Shown: positions 46,329-56,311 of the stretch, in pieces
Layout: each line of letters begins with the position of its first letter
Numbering within the stretch: position 1 is the first letter of the stretch
Source: Candidatus Chisholmbacteria bacterium RIFCSPHIGHO2_01_FULL_52_32
Lineage (GTDB): Bacteria > Patescibacteriota > Microgenomatia > UBA1400 > Chisholmbacteraceae
Length of the DNA stretch: 64,000 nt
Assembly (NCBI GenBank): GCA_001816585.1
Contig: MHCJ01000003.1
Location: 650,681 to 714,680 of the forward strand
Reading direction: 5' to 3'
Made by a program: the position numbers and the translations under genes
The notes under the pieces: generated by a model
The model's input: the letters and a program-made list of their open reading frames with translations, nothing else
What the model was told of the DNA's origin: nothing
The model's database searches: none

Positions 46329-48596
46329 TTAAAGTTTCGTTTCTTCAAGCGTCCGGCTGCCCTGCCTCGCCGGGGTCCCGGCAGCAGGGAGGGTGAACCA
46401 AAAGGTCGTTCCTTTCCCCTCTGCCGACTCAAACCAGATCCTTCCTCCCGAGGATTCAACGATGGATTTGACGATATAAAGGCCGAGTCCCGTTCCTTCG
46501 GTTGAGACGGTACGGATGTTGTCAGCCCGGAAGAATTTCGAAAAGACTTTCTGCTGCTGGTCTTTGGGAATGCCGTAGCCCGAGTCCTGGATTTGGGAGA
46601 TAATTTCATCATCCTTCCGGGAAATAAAGATGATGATCTCTCCTTTTTCGGGTGTATATTTCACGGCATTGGAAAGCAAATTGGCATAGACTTGGCGTAT
46701 GAGCTTGGGGTCAACGGTGATTTTGGGAAGCTTATCGTGTTTGCTCACCACGACCTGAAGCTCTTTTTCTTTGATCTTGGGGGTTAATTCCGTTAATACC
46801 TGACTGACCAGTTCGGGGAGGTCGGTCGGGACGGGTTCGATGGCAATCCGCCCTTCCTCAATGCGGGAGACATTCAACAGTGCATTCACCAGCTCAATCA
46901 TGCGGTCGTTTGAGGCGTAGACTTGAGTTAAAAACTCTTTTTGCTCTTTGGTGAGTTTTCCGGCATCGCCGGCGAGGAGCATCTCGGTGAACCACTTGAT
47001 CGCAGATAAGGGAGTCCGCAGCTGATGGGAGGCGAGGGAAATGAATTCCGTCTTCATGCGGTCAACTTCTTTGGCTTTGGTGATGTCGCGTTCGATGCCG
47101 ACAAAAAACCGCACGTTCCCATCCTTGTCGAGAATCGGGGTGATGCTTAGTGCTGCGATGTAGGTTTTTCCGCTCTTTTTCTTATTCGTCAGTTCCCCTT
47201 GGAATGTTTTTTTCTCCCTTTTGATGCCGTCCCACAGCTTCTCGAAGAATTTCTTGTCCATCTGCCCTCCCCAGAGCTTCCCCGGGTTCTTTCCGATGAC
47301 TTCCCCGATGGTGAACTCCGACGTGTCTTCGAGCGCCTTGTTCGCATAGAGAATCGAGCCTTGCGGATCGGTGATGATGATCTGATCAGAGGCGTTCTCC
47401 ACCGCGAGCTGGAACTTCTTTAGGTCCTCTGCCAACCGATCGGATGTCTCCTTTTCCTGCAATAATTGCGTGGTCCGCTCCCTCACTTTTTCTTCAAGCC
47501 CTAAGTAGAGGCCTTTGAGTTCTTTGGCCATGCGGTTGAATTCGTCAGCCAGCTGCTCCACCTCATCTCCGGTCTTGATGTTGAGCTCCAAGTCCCACTG
47601 GCCTTTTCCGATTTTTTCGGCCCCGGTGTGGAGCTTATGGAGCGGTTCGGTAATCGACCGGCTGACGATGAAGGCGACGAGGATAAACAGGAAGAGGATG
47701 AGGATTGAGACTTGGATGAGCTCTTTTTGCATAGTCTCAATCGGCGCAAAGGCTTCCTTGACGGCGATGTCAACGACCAATCCCCAATCGGTTGACGGGA
47801 GATAGCGGTAGACGGTCATCACCTTGTTCCCGTCGCGGTCGGCCGTTTCGGTAATCCCGGAGAGTTTTTGGGTTGCAAGGACGATCGGAGAACGAACAAT
47901 TTCCCCGATGTTTTCCCTCCGCTGAATCTGACCTTGCTGGTTTCTCGGGACATTGAGGTAGACGATTTCCTCCCCCTCCCGTTTGGCAAGAATGATGCGA
48001 CCGCTTCTTCCCAGACCGCTGTAGTCATTGACAATTCTTTCCAGTATGCCCGGCTTGAGGGTCGTGACGGCAAAGCCAACGAGTGCGCCGTCTTTTTGCA
48101 GCGGTACGGCAAGAAATATGTTCCCGCCGTCTGCCTCGATCGTCGCTTTGCTTGTCGGGAGCCACTCGAGTTTTCCCGGATTTCCTCTATCCCCCACCCC
48201 TTCATTGCCGCTTGCCGCAACTTCGAAACCTTGGGGGTCGGTGAGGGTGATTGTTCCAAGATCCGGGTTTTGGGCAAGGAAGCTTGCCAAAAACTCTGCG
48301 AGTTCACCCGTTTGTCTTTGTTCAAATACACGGATGAGGTCTTCGCTTACAGCCACAGTTTCGAGGAAGTTCATGTTGGTGACGACAAGCTCTTGAATCT
48401 GTTCCTGTTTGGCGGTGGCGATCGACTCGAGCTGATCAACGATACGGTCGGAAAGGAGGGCTCTGGCGTTTCGGAAGCTTAAGATCGACAGGAGGGCAAC
48501 AACGGGGATCAGGATGAAGATGATGGAAAGCGTCAGCTTTGTCTGGATCGAGTGAAGCTTGAAGCGGACAAATGATGGTTTGGCAGGCACGGGCAT
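46329..48596 (-). CDS. sensor histidine kinase (TM - extracellular Cache-like - TM - HAMP - PAS - HisKA - HATPase_c)
   Basis: 755 aa with an H-box SHQLRTPLSAIKWFTEML and an N/G-box C-terminus. Immediately upstream of the three REC genes. Confidence 0.85.
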   Translation of the reverse strand: MPVPAKPSFVRFKLHSIQTKLTLSIIFILIPVVALLSILSFRNARALLSDRIVDQLESIATAKQEQIQELVVTNMNFLETVAVSEDLIRVFEQRQTGELAEFLASFLAQNPDLGTITLTDPQGFEVAASGNEGVGDRGNPGKLEWLPTSKATIEADGGNIFLAVPLQKDGALVGFAVTTLKPGILERIVNDYSGLGRSGRIILAKREGEEIVYLNVPRNQQGQIQRRENIGEIVRSPIVLATQKLSGITETADRDGNKVMTVYRYLPSTDWGLVVDIAVKEAFAPIETMQKELIQVSILILFLFILVAFIVSRSITEPLHKLHTGAEKIGKGQWDLELNIKTGDEVEQLADEFNRMAKELKGLYLGLEEKVRERTTQLLQEKETSDRLAEDLKKFQLAVENASDQIIITDPQGSILYANKALEDTSEFTIGEVIGKNPGKLWGGQMDKKFFEKLWDGIKREKKTFQGELTNKKKSGKTYIAALSITPILDKDGNVRFFVGIERDITKAKEVDRMKTEFISLASHQLRTPLSAIKWFTEMLLAGDAGKLTKEQKEFLTQVYASNDRMIELVNALLNVSRIEEGRIAIEPVPTDLPELVSQVLTELTPKIKEKELQVVVSKHDKLPKITVDPKLIRQVYANLLSNAVKYTPEKGEIIIFISRKDDEIISQIQDSGYGIPKDQQQKVFSKFFRADNIRTVSTEGTGLGLYIVKSIVESSGGRIWFESAEGKGTTFWFTLPAAGTPARQGSRTLEETKL

Positions 48597-48646
48597 CTTA
48601 TGTATCGTATCAAGTTTTTGAAGTTTTCGGTGTGCTGGTCACTTTC

Positions 48647-49507
48647 TTAGGCGAAACGGGCGGCCCCTTGCTTACAAATGGCAGTGACTTCTTTTTCGAC
48701 ATGGGATTTCTCATCAGGCGTGAGGCCAAGATCGGCAAGACTTCCTCCTTTATCTTCCAGCAGGTCCCTGCAGAGGACGATGCCGCGGGAAAGCACTTTT
48801 TTCTTCTGCGCATCGGTGAGGCTTGTGAGGCATGTTACGGGATGAAGGCCGGCGGATTCAATCAGATCCTGGAGGTTTCCGGTTTGGGGATGACTCCACC
48901 CTAGGACCTGCATGCCCATACAGTTTCCGTAGTGGATGGCTTCTGTGGTGCACTTCGTATTCGTCACCAACCAAGCCTGGTCGAATGGCTTTATGCCTTC
49001 TTTTTCGTTTCCCTTTTGCACATCCTCGAAGCGGGCTTGGATGTAGAGCGCCACTTTGACGTCGGAGCGGACTCCCGGAAGGTTGTGGAACTTGCATTCG
49101 ACCATGTAGCGTCGATTCTCCTTCTGGGCAACCACGTCGATTTCGTGATCGACACACCTTCCGGATACGATGACATCGGTTTGGACCGTATATCCATGGC
49201 GGGAAAGGATTGCGGCGACGAATTTTTCAAAAGGGTAGCCGCTCGGGCCGAGCTGCATTATCGCCTGTTTTAATCCGTACACCGTTTTGGTGTACGGGTA
49301 GGAAGAATTGCCTAAATACTCACTTATGTGGCGGTAAATTTCGGCGGTCGGTATGCCGCCATAGAGGCTGTCACGAACGTGGCGTACCACTTCGTCCTCC
49401 AGCTTTTTCGGGATTCTGGTGCGGCGAATCGAGCGGCGGACTTTGTCTTCGCTAAACGGTTCTTTCTCTCCCGATGCCTTCAAGACCTGGATGTTTTCGG
49501 AATCCAT
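48647..49507 (-). CDS. ATP-cone domain plus Mrr-cat-like restriction endonuclease domain protein
   Basis: N-terminal ATP-cone-like region (IQVLKASGEKEPFSEDKVRRSI...). Central D...E-x-K core (VDHEIDVVAQKENRRYMVECKF). Confidence 0.6.
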   Translation of the reverse strand: MDSENIQVLKASGEKEPFSEDKVRRSIRRTRIPKKLEDEVVRHVRDSLYGGIPTAEIYRHISEYLGNSSYPYTKTVYGLKQAIMQLGPSGYPFEKFVAAILSRHGYTVQTDVIVSGRCVDHEIDVVAQKENRRYMVECKFHNLPGVRSDVKVALYIQARFEDVQKGNEKEGIKPFDQAWLVTNTKCTTEAIHYGNCMGMQVLGWSHPQTGNLQDLIESAGLHPVTCLTSLTDAQKKKVLSRGIVLCRDLLEDKGGSLADLGLTPDEKSHVEKEVTAICKQGAARFA

Positions 49508-49562
49508 GCTTTCCCTTTCTCCCTTCCATTATGCGGGAACTCTCCTCTGGGAGCAAGGACGC

Positions 49563-50426
49563 TTATTTTCCCAGTGTTTCCTTGAGAAAGCGATACAGAA
49601 GATAACCTCCAAGCCCTGCAAAGACGGCGTTGACCGCGGGGAATGCGGCGGTAAACCCCGTTACGGTCATGGCAGTATCCGAGATGAGCTTCACCACCGC
49701 GGATTCCTGGCCGGGCATTCCTAACATTCCCGTTTGCGAGAGGATTATGGTCAGAAGCCCGGTGGTGGTGAAGATCGCCGTGGCGATGATGTTGGTGATA
49801 TAGATCGGGTAGCGCCTGGTTCCCAAGGCAATTTCTCCGACTTTCCGACGCAGGATGGGTTTCTCAAGGATATTTCGTTTGTGGATGAAGGCCGAGGCAA
49901 GGTAGAGGGGAGTGACCATGCCAAACACGTATGCAAGCCCCACGCCTAATGCCTGAAGGGTCGTCGGAGTGAGTGCAGAAAGGGTGACCACGCCGATCAG
50001 GACGGGTGCGCAGCAGGCGGAGGTGATCCCCGAAAAAATCCCAAGGGTGAAGGTCGAAAACGGATCGTGTTCCTGCTCTTTTTGGCGGAGTGCGAAGTGG
50101 GGCATCGGCAGTTTGATCCCCAGGAGGGAGAAGGCGGCGAGTACCAGCATAAAGATCCCGCCTATGGTGTACGTCTGGTCGTGCAGGCGGAAGAACAGCA
50201 GGGAGAGGGCTTTCGCCCCCAAGACCACCGGCAGCATGACTACAAAAATGCCGAGCGAATAGATGAGGGTGGCCATTAGGACGCGCTTTTTTTCTTTGAA
50301 GATGTTGGCAAAATAGGCGGGGAGCAGATAGGAAATGCAACAGGGAGCAAACAGGGCGACTATGCCTGCGGCGAAGGCGGCGATAAGGGAAATCTGGTAG
50401 AGGGCTTGGGATCCTTCCATATACAA
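49563..50426 (-). CDS. ccdA: CcdA/DsbD-family thiol-disulfide transmembrane protein
   Basis: Polytopic, with the PCC motif in TM1 (LFAPCCISYLLP). Typical CcdA size. Confidence 0.7.
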   Translation of the reverse strand: MYMEGSQALYQISLIAAFAAGIVALFAPCCISYLLPAYFANIFKEKKRVLMATLIYSLGIFVVMLPVVLGAKALSLLFFRLHDQTYTIGGIFMLVLAAFSLLGIKLPMPHFALRQKEQEHDPFSTFTLGIFSGITSACCAPVLIGVVTLSALTPTTLQALGVGLAYVFGMVTPLYLASAFIHKRNILEKPILRRKVGEIALGTRRYPIYITNIIATAIFTTTGLLTIILSQTGMLGMPGQESAVVKLISDTAMTVTGFTAAFPAVNAVFAGLGGYLLYRFLKETLGK

Positions 50427-50436
50427 CCTTTCGGAT

Positions 50437-52647
50437 CTAGGCTTGAAGCTTGGCTTTCCGCAGTGTCATCGCGTTTGCGACGACGATCACCGAGGAAAGG
50501 CTCATCGCAATCGCGCCGATCTTGGGGTTTAAGCGAAAGCCCAGGGGAATGAACAGTCCGGCTGCGGCGGGAATCGCAAACACGTTATACCCCAGGGCCC
50601 AAACGAGGTTCTCGACCATTTTTCTAAAGACCTTCCGGCTTAAGACGATTATGCTTAGGATGTCCTGCGGATTGTTACGGGTGAGGACGATATCTCCGGC
50701 TTCGACGGCGACATCGGTTCCCGCGCCGATTGCGACTCCCACATCCGCCTGCTTTAATGCCGGAGCATCGTTGACCCCGTCGCCTACCATCATGACTTTG
50801 TTTCCCCGGTCTTGAAGCGTTTTGATGTGTTCGTATTTTTTGTCAGGAAGTACCTGGGCAAAATAGGTGTCGATTGAAAGCTGCCCGGCTATGTCCTTGG
50901 CTACCTCTTGGCTATCACCGGTGAGCATGGCTACTTTGACGCCGATCCGATGGAGGGCTTCGACGGCAGTTTGGGACTCCGGTTTGATCCGGTCGGAAAG
51001 GGCGATCAGCCCTGAAACTGTCTTTCCCTCGGAAAGAAAGACGACCGTTTTTCCTTCTTGCGAGAGCTTGTCGTAGATTACCCGGGCTTCTTTAGTCAGG
51101 GCTCCCCGTTCCTCCATGAGGAGCCGGTTGCCCACGGCGAACGTTTTGCGGTCGACCCGGCCTTCGATTCCTTTCCCGGCGAGGTTTTTAAATTTCTCTA
51201 CCGCTTTCGGCGTTCGGTTCTGTTGTTTGGCAAAGGACAGAATTGAAAGCCCGATGACGTGCGTGGAATGCGCTTCCAAGGAAGCCGCAACAGTGAGTAA
51301 ATCTTTCTGTTTCTTCGTCAGGGCTCCGTTTTGCGTTTCCTTCTCGCCAAGCACCACTATCTCGGTCACCCCAAACTTTCCTTCTGTCAGGGTTCCCGTT
51401 TTATCGAATACCACGTAGTCGATGTCCTTGACCACCTCAAGTTTTGCCAAATCCTTGAGGAAAACGCCGTTTTTGACGGCAAGCTGCGTGGCGATGGTTG
51501 AGACCGTGGGAATCGCGAGTCCCAAGGCATGGGGGCAGGCAATCACCAGCACCGTAATTGCCAAGGTTACGGCAAACACCAGGCTTTGTCCCATAACGAG
51601 CGACCAGACAAGTACGGTAGCTGCTGCGACGGCAAGCGCGGCAAGTGTTAAGATCCCCGAAATTCTATCCGCTAAACGCTGGGCGGAGGGTTTGGTTTGT
51701 TGGGCTTTGGCGATGAGCTTTTGAATCTGGCCAATGGTCGAGTTTTCGCCGACCCGTTCGAGCTTGACTTCCACCGAACCGTCCAAACAGATGGCCCCGG
51801 CGACCACGCGGTCGTCTGCTTTCTTTTCGACCGGCTTTGACTCGCCGCTTAGGTGGGCTTCGTTGAAATTGGCTTGCCCTTTGATAATTTTTCCATCGGC
51901 AGGAACTTTCTCTCCCGGTTTTACCAAGACCGTGTCATTTTCCTTAAGCATTGCCAGTTCAACATCTTTGGTACCCTTATCGGTCAGAAGATGCGCTTCC
52001 TTCGGTAAGAGCTTGGCTACCTCCTGAAGCGCATCACCCGCGGCAGCACTTGATCTTGCCTCAAGGTAATGTCCGAACAACAGCACCCAGATCAGAGTTG
52101 AGATCTCAAGGTAGAACTCGGCCTTCAGCGCGGGGAAAAAGTTTGAGGCTGCGGAAAAGAGGTACCCGGCACCGACGGCAACAGAAACCAGGGTCATCAT
52201 CCCGATTTTTCTGGCCTTGATTTCATGCTTGGCATGCTCAAAGAACACCAGCGCAAAGAGAAAAATGGCGGTTGCAATTCCGAATTGGAGGGAGGCCCGG
52301 AAGGAAAAGTCCGGAATCCGAAGGAGCCTGAGGGCGGGTTCTGATGTTGCGAGAAGCGGAATAAGGAGAACGGTGACGATCGCGAAACGCCGGAGGAAAT
52401 CCCTGGCCGCCCCCGGGCCCGACATCATAGCGTGATGGTCATGGGCGGCATGATCGTGATGCTCGTGGTCGTGAGGCTTCTTCAGTTCCTCTTCTCCCTC
52501 TCCTTCCGATTCCTCCTTCACTAAGTCCATGCCGCACTTCGGGCACCTCCCGGGAGTATCACTTCGGACTTCCGGATGCATTGGGCAGGTAAACCGTTTC
52601 CCTCCCACTCTGTGTTCTTCGTGATGTTCAGAGCAACAGGACATCAT
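50437..52647 (-). CDS. copB: P1B-type heavy-metal ATPase, CopB-like (His-rich N-terminus, CPH motif)
   Basis: His-rich HDHEHHDHAAHDHH, TM6 CPH, DKTGTLT, GDGVNDAPAL. Confidence 0.9.
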   Translation of the reverse strand: MMSCCSEHHEEHRVGGKRFTCPMHPEVRSDTPGRCPKCGMDLVKEESEGEGEEELKKPHDHEHHDHAAHDHHAMMSGPGAARDFLRRFAIVTVLLIPLLATSEPALRLLRIPDFSFRASLQFGIATAIFLFALVFFEHAKHEIKARKIGMMTLVSVAVGAGYLFSAASNFFPALKAEFYLEISTLIWVLLFGHYLEARSSAAAGDALQEVAKLLPKEAHLLTDKGTKDVELAMLKENDTVLVKPGEKVPADGKIIKGQANFNEAHLSGESKPVEKKADDRVVAGAICLDGSVEVKLERVGENSTIGQIQKLIAKAQQTKPSAQRLADRISGILTLAALAVAAATVLVWSLVMGQSLVFAVTLAITVLVIACPHALGLAIPTVSTIATQLAVKNGVFLKDLAKLEVVKDIDYVVFDKTGTLTEGKFGVTEIVVLGEKETQNGALTKKQKDLLTVAASLEAHSTHVIGLSILSFAKQQNRTPKAVEKFKNLAGKGIEGRVDRKTFAVGNRLLMEERGALTKEARVIYDKLSQEGKTVVFLSEGKTVSGLIALSDRIKPESQTAVEALHRIGVKVAMLTGDSQEVAKDIAGQLSIDTYFAQVLPDKKYEHIKTLQDRGNKVMMVGDGVNDAPALKQADVGVAIGAGTDVAVEAGDIVLTRNNPQDILSIIVLSRKVFRKMVENLVWALGYNVFAIPAAAGLFIPLGFRLNPKIGAIAMSLSSVIVVANAMTLRKAKLQA

Positions 52648-52727
52648 AAATTATGAATTATGAATTATGAATTAAGAATAATGAATAAGACTCGTCGGTC
52701 GTTGATCTTGCCGGTTTCCGAGTCGGT

Positions 52728-52988
52728 TTACTTTATCCTCTCCCAGATCCAACCGAGTACGTACCCGTAGAACCAACCTAACCCCATGAGCACAACTCCT
52801 CCCATGACGAAGCTTTCGATAGATACCCGCCGCATGGCAAATAACGGAAGCAACTGCCCATGTGTTAACCAAGAAAGCACGGTCATAGTAAATTTGGGAA
52901 AGGCCGCGACCACGACGCTACAAGTAACCCAAATCACTCCCATCCAAAGCGCTGCCACTTTAGCCATGACTTCTTTCGTGTGCTTCAC
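52728..52988 (-). CDS. small hypothetical membrane protein
   Basis: 86 aa with 2 TM segments. No recognisable motif. Confidence 0.4.
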   Translation of the reverse strand: MKHTKEVMAKVAALWMGVIWVTCSVVVAAFPKFTMTVLSWLTHGQLLPLFAMRRVSIESFVMGGVVLMGLGWFYGYVLGWIWERIK

Positions 52989-53545
52989 TTTTTTTCACCA
53001 CCCTTCATCCAAAGGTAACGGATAAGAGCCACGAGCAAGGCCATCACCAGGATCCAGGTTGTTAAACCAAACAGCACGTGCAGGCCTCCCCAGGCGCCCC
53101 AACCACCAGACCAGTTTTGATTCATCATTCCTCCCCAACCCATCATCGGCATCCACCTCCCTTCAATATCTTTTGTGCATCCGAGATAATTCTTTCCCAT
53201 GCTGATGTGGGCGGTCCGCAGGGTTTCCGATCCCTCGCCACCCATCATCCGGTCCATCCGTTCATGGACTTCGGGATCCGGGTGCATGACGCCCATGAAG
53301 GCATCGCCCAGCCGCTCAAATTGGATGTCCGTCACTTTGTCACAATCGATTTCGTCAACTATGGCTACACTTTGCCCGCCCGTGATTTCCTGAAGGATTT
53401 GGTCGACGCTTTCGGAGGGTTGTTCTGCCGCAGTACTTGCAGTCCATTGGCCCATCATCCCTTGGGCCATAGCTCTTGGCTGCGTGAACAGCGCAAGGAC
53501 AACGAGCATTCCAAAAAGTATCAAGAGTTTTTTTATCATCTTCAT
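52985..53545 (-). CDS. secreted/membrane Met-rich protein, possible copper-binding
   Basis: Signal peptide, MxM and MMGG motifs (QGMMGQW, MDRMMGG, MPMMGWGGMM), C-terminal TM. Adjacent to copB. Confidence 0.5.
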   Translation of the reverse strand: MKMIKKLLILFGMLVVLALFTQPRAMAQGMMGQWTASTAAEQPSESVDQILQEITGGQSVAIVDEIDCDKVTDIQFERLGDAFMGVMHPDPEVHERMDRMMGGEGSETLRTAHISMGKNYLGCTKDIEGRWMPMMGWGGMMNQNWSGGWGAWGGLHVLFGLTTWILVMALLVALIRYLWMKGGEKK

Positions 53546-53551
53546 TTCGTA

Positions 53552-54277
53552 TTAACGCTTCACGACCGTGGCGGTGATAGAGGCGGTTAGCTTTGGAAAA
53601 TTCGGATTGTCCGTATTGATATAAATGGTACGTTCTAATTCTCCTAAATCGGAGTCATCCTTGTGAATCGCCGGATCGAAGCTCACCCCGACCGTGGCGG
53701 ATTCGTAGGGACCGAGCCTGGTTTTTTCCATTTCCGCTTTGGTGCAGGAGCAGGACGTTGAGAGGCTGGTGACGTTCAGGGTGCTTGCCGTATTGTTTTT
53801 GAGCGTGAAGTCGGTTTTGGTAATGTCCCCGTAGATCACCGTGCCTAAATTTTTTAAGGGGGGAGTTAAGAGAACCGCTTGGTGCGACTCCCGGTAGGCT
53901 TGAATCCCGCCCTGAAGGTTTTTGACGTTGGTATAGCCAGCCTTTACCAAGACCCCGGCCGCCTCCTGGCTCATGGAGCCGGACCGGCAGTAGAGAATGA
54001 TTTCCGCGTCTTTTTCTTTCGGGAGTTCGTTTAGGCGATTGGCAATTTCGTTGTAGGGAATGAAGGTATCGGTTTCACTAAGATGCTCCTCTTCCGGGAT
54101 GTGGACGTCTACCACGAACGGATCGCGATTTGCAAGGATAGCATCATATTCCGCCGGGCTGATATCGGCATATGAGCCCCCGCTTGTAACTTTGGAGTTC
54201 GGACTTGTTATCCGCCAGTAGGCAAGGATAGCTCCCGCCACAACGAGGACAGCGATCAGAAGCATTGTCTTACGCAC
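53552..54277 (-). CDS. rhodanese-domain plus DUF1573 protein
   Basis: Rhodanese active-site region IILYCRSGSMS, then a C-terminal beta-sandwich with SCSCT (DUF1573-like). Confidence 0.65.
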   Translation of the reverse strand: MRKTMLLIAVLVVAGAILAYWRITSPNSKVTSGGSYADISPAEYDAILANRDPFVVDVHIPEEEHLSETDTFIPYNEIANRLNELPKEKDAEIILYCRSGSMSQEAAGVLVKAGYTNVKNLQGGIQAYRESHQAVLLTPPLKNLGTVIYGDITKTDFTLKNNTASTLNVTSLSTSCSCTKAEMEKTRLGPYESATVGVSFDPAIHKDDSDLGELERTIYINTDNPNFPKLTASITATVVKR

Positions 54278-55199
54278 CGCAGCTTCCTCCCTGGCTCTTT
54301 ATTCCCGGCACATTGGCAACCGCCTGATGAACCTTTTGGGCTCCCTGGGCGGAGGAGTATTCATTGCTCAAGGCGAGTTTCGGATCGACCTTTTCCCACT
54401 CGGTCCCTTGCTGGGAAAAATAGACAGCCATCTCTACATAGGTCGTCGGGAACCAATACGAATTGAACGCGAGGAGATCTTTGTAAATCTGTTCCTCGGA
54501 GAGCCCGCTTGAGACGGCAAGTTCGATGTAGCCGAGGGCCGCCATCCCATGGTTACAATCGGGAAAGGCCACGCTGTTCCCGCAGCAGGGGCGGTAGACG
54601 TTCTCGGCAATCCTGCGGACTTGTTCCTGCTGATCGTCCGACAGCGGGATAATCTCCTGACTTGAATAGAGGGCTTTCGCTGTTTTTGACCCCAATGTCC
54701 ACCCGCCGGTTGAGGCGAAATTTTCGATAGGAACATCCTGCTCACGCATCGGCCCTTCATCCAACACCTTACTTTTATTGACAAGCCCGAGTGCCCACAA
54801 CGTATTGACCACGAAGTGGGAGTTATTTTCATTGATTTCGATCGGTCTTGACTCATTTCCGCTGAAAATGTCCATTTCCTGTTTGCCGTTCGTATTCGCG
54901 TTGAAGGATTGTTCGTATTTCGCAAGGTCAATTGCACCTACCTCAACGAGTTTCTTTCCAATATCGCCCCAGGAGAGCGAAGTCTTGTATCCTGACGGGG
55001 GAATGACTTTTTGTGCAACCGTTTTTACGACATCCTGGGAAACCTGATTTTCTGCAGGTTGCTCAGTTGTAGTCTTGAGCTTTTGGCTTACCAAATAATA
55101 TTCGACCAGCGCCCCCGATGCCCCTGCATTCAGGAGTAGAAGCACAAAGAGCCAAATGGGAAGGGTCAGACTGGCGGGTTTCTTTTTTCTTTGAGTCAT
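54270..55199 (-). CDS. hypothetical secreted protein
   Basis: Start assigned to MTQRKKKPASLTLPIWLFVLLLL (internal Met of the track ORF). Cys pairs CCGNSVAFPDC. No known domain. Confidence 0.4.
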   Translation of the reverse strand: MTQRKKKPASLTLPIWLFVLLLLNAGASGALVEYYLVSQKLKTTTEQPAENQVSQDVVKTVAQKVIPPSGYKTSLSWGDIGKKLVEVGAIDLAKYEQSFNANTNGKQEMDIFSGNESRPIEINENNSHFVVNTLWALGLVNKSKVLDEGPMREQDVPIENFASTGGWTLGSKTAKALYSSQEIIPLSDDQQEQVRRIAENVYRPCCGNSVAFPDCNHGMAALGYIELAVSSGLSEEQIYKDLLAFNSYWFPTTYVEMAVYFSQQGTEWEKVDPKLALSNEYSSAQGAQKVHQAVANVPGIKSQGGSCGA

Positions 55200-55221
55200 G
55201 GGGTTCTCCTTTGTTCTCCGT

Positions 55222-55716
55222 CTAATTTGTAACATCCGCAGAGAGCGTGAATTCGAGCTTCTGAAGACTTGGGTCGTTGGTTTCCAGGGAGACCAGCCTC
55301 GTAATCTGACCCACGCCCTGCGGGCCGTGGAATGCAGGATCAAAGATAACCGAAAGGGTCGCTGTTTTAGATGGTGCGACCTCTCCGACCCAGGAGGAGT
55401 TTTGATGCATACCAAAAAATGGGCTCAGCTTACCGTCAATCTCCACTTGCGCCTCAGTACACATGCATGAGGTTTGGACGTTTATCAGCTGCAATGTCCC
55501 GCTGCCTCCGTTTTTGATAGTGAATTCCTTTTGAACTTTCCCATCTTTCATCGAAATTGTTCCCCAGGAAAAAGAGGTTTCATCCACTTGGGCTTTTACC
55601 GAATTTGAGGAGGCTATCGTCGGGACCTTCTGAGCTCTCGTTGCAAGGAAGATGCCTCCGAAAAGGACAAGAACGGAAGCGAGAACGATCCCGATAATAA
55701 TTTTGGAGTCTTTCAT
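55222..55716 (-). CDS. DUF1573-domain protein
   Basis: TM anchor then a beta-sandwich with SCMCT, similar to the C-terminus of 53552..54277. Confidence 0.55.
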   Translation of the reverse strand: MKDSKIIIGIVLASVLVLFGGIFLATRAQKVPTIASSNSVKAQVDETSFSWGTISMKDGKVQKEFTIKNGGSGTLQLINVQTSCMCTEAQVEIDGKLSPFFGMHQNSSWVGEVAPSKTATLSVIFDPAFHGPQGVGQITRLVSLETNDPSLQKLEFTLSADVTN

Positions 55717-56240
55717 AGATGGGCAATACCTTTCCGAACCGGCGGCCGGCTCAACCGAACTACACTCCTTCTTATGCGTTTGAGGAACTGGTTTTTGCAG
55801 CCTGCTGCACAAAAGTAATAGGTTTTGCCTCTGAACTTCAGGATGGCTGCGGCGGTCCTCGGGCTGATACGCATGCGGCAGACCGGATCCACTACCAACG
55901 GAATAAAATCCTTCATCCGGAGCCGTAGTTCATGGGTCAGGGTTGCTTCACCGCGGTGCTTGTCAATCAGCATCTCACGAATGCTGTCGGAGGCCTTAAT
56001 AAGGTTCGGATGCGCCAGTCTGTAGAAGACACCCGTTCCCCTCCTTCTTGTGTCCACGATTCCATGCTCGCGGAGAACGGAAAGGTGCTGGGAGAGATTT
56101 GCCTGCTTCAGTCCGAGCATCTTCTGTATCTGCGATACCGAGAGTTCCTGATGGCGAAGCAGATGGACAATCTCCACCCGCTTGGGGTTGGCGAGGGCCT
56201 TATAGAGATTCGCGTGAAGCTGAAAGACTTTCTGGTACAT
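55713..56240 (-). CDS. ArsR-family metalloregulator with C-terminal YHS/TRASH metal-binding domain
   Basis: Recognition helix NLSQHLSVLREHGIV, then DPVCRMRI...YYFCAAGCKNQF. Confidence 0.75.
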   Translation of the reverse strand: MYQKVFQLHANLYKALANPKRVEIVHLLRHQELSVSQIQKMLGLKQANLSQHLSVLREHGIVDTRRRGTGVFYRLAHPNLIKASDSIREMLIDKHRGEATLTHELRLRMKDFIPLVVDPVCRMRISPRTAAAILKFRGKTYYFCAAGCKNQFLKRIRRSVVRLSRPPVRKGIAHL

Positions 56241-56311
56241 TCTTTTATTCGAATATTCGAATATATTGGGAGTTTACCGTATGGGCGCAGGCTTGTCAAG
56301 CAATAAACACC

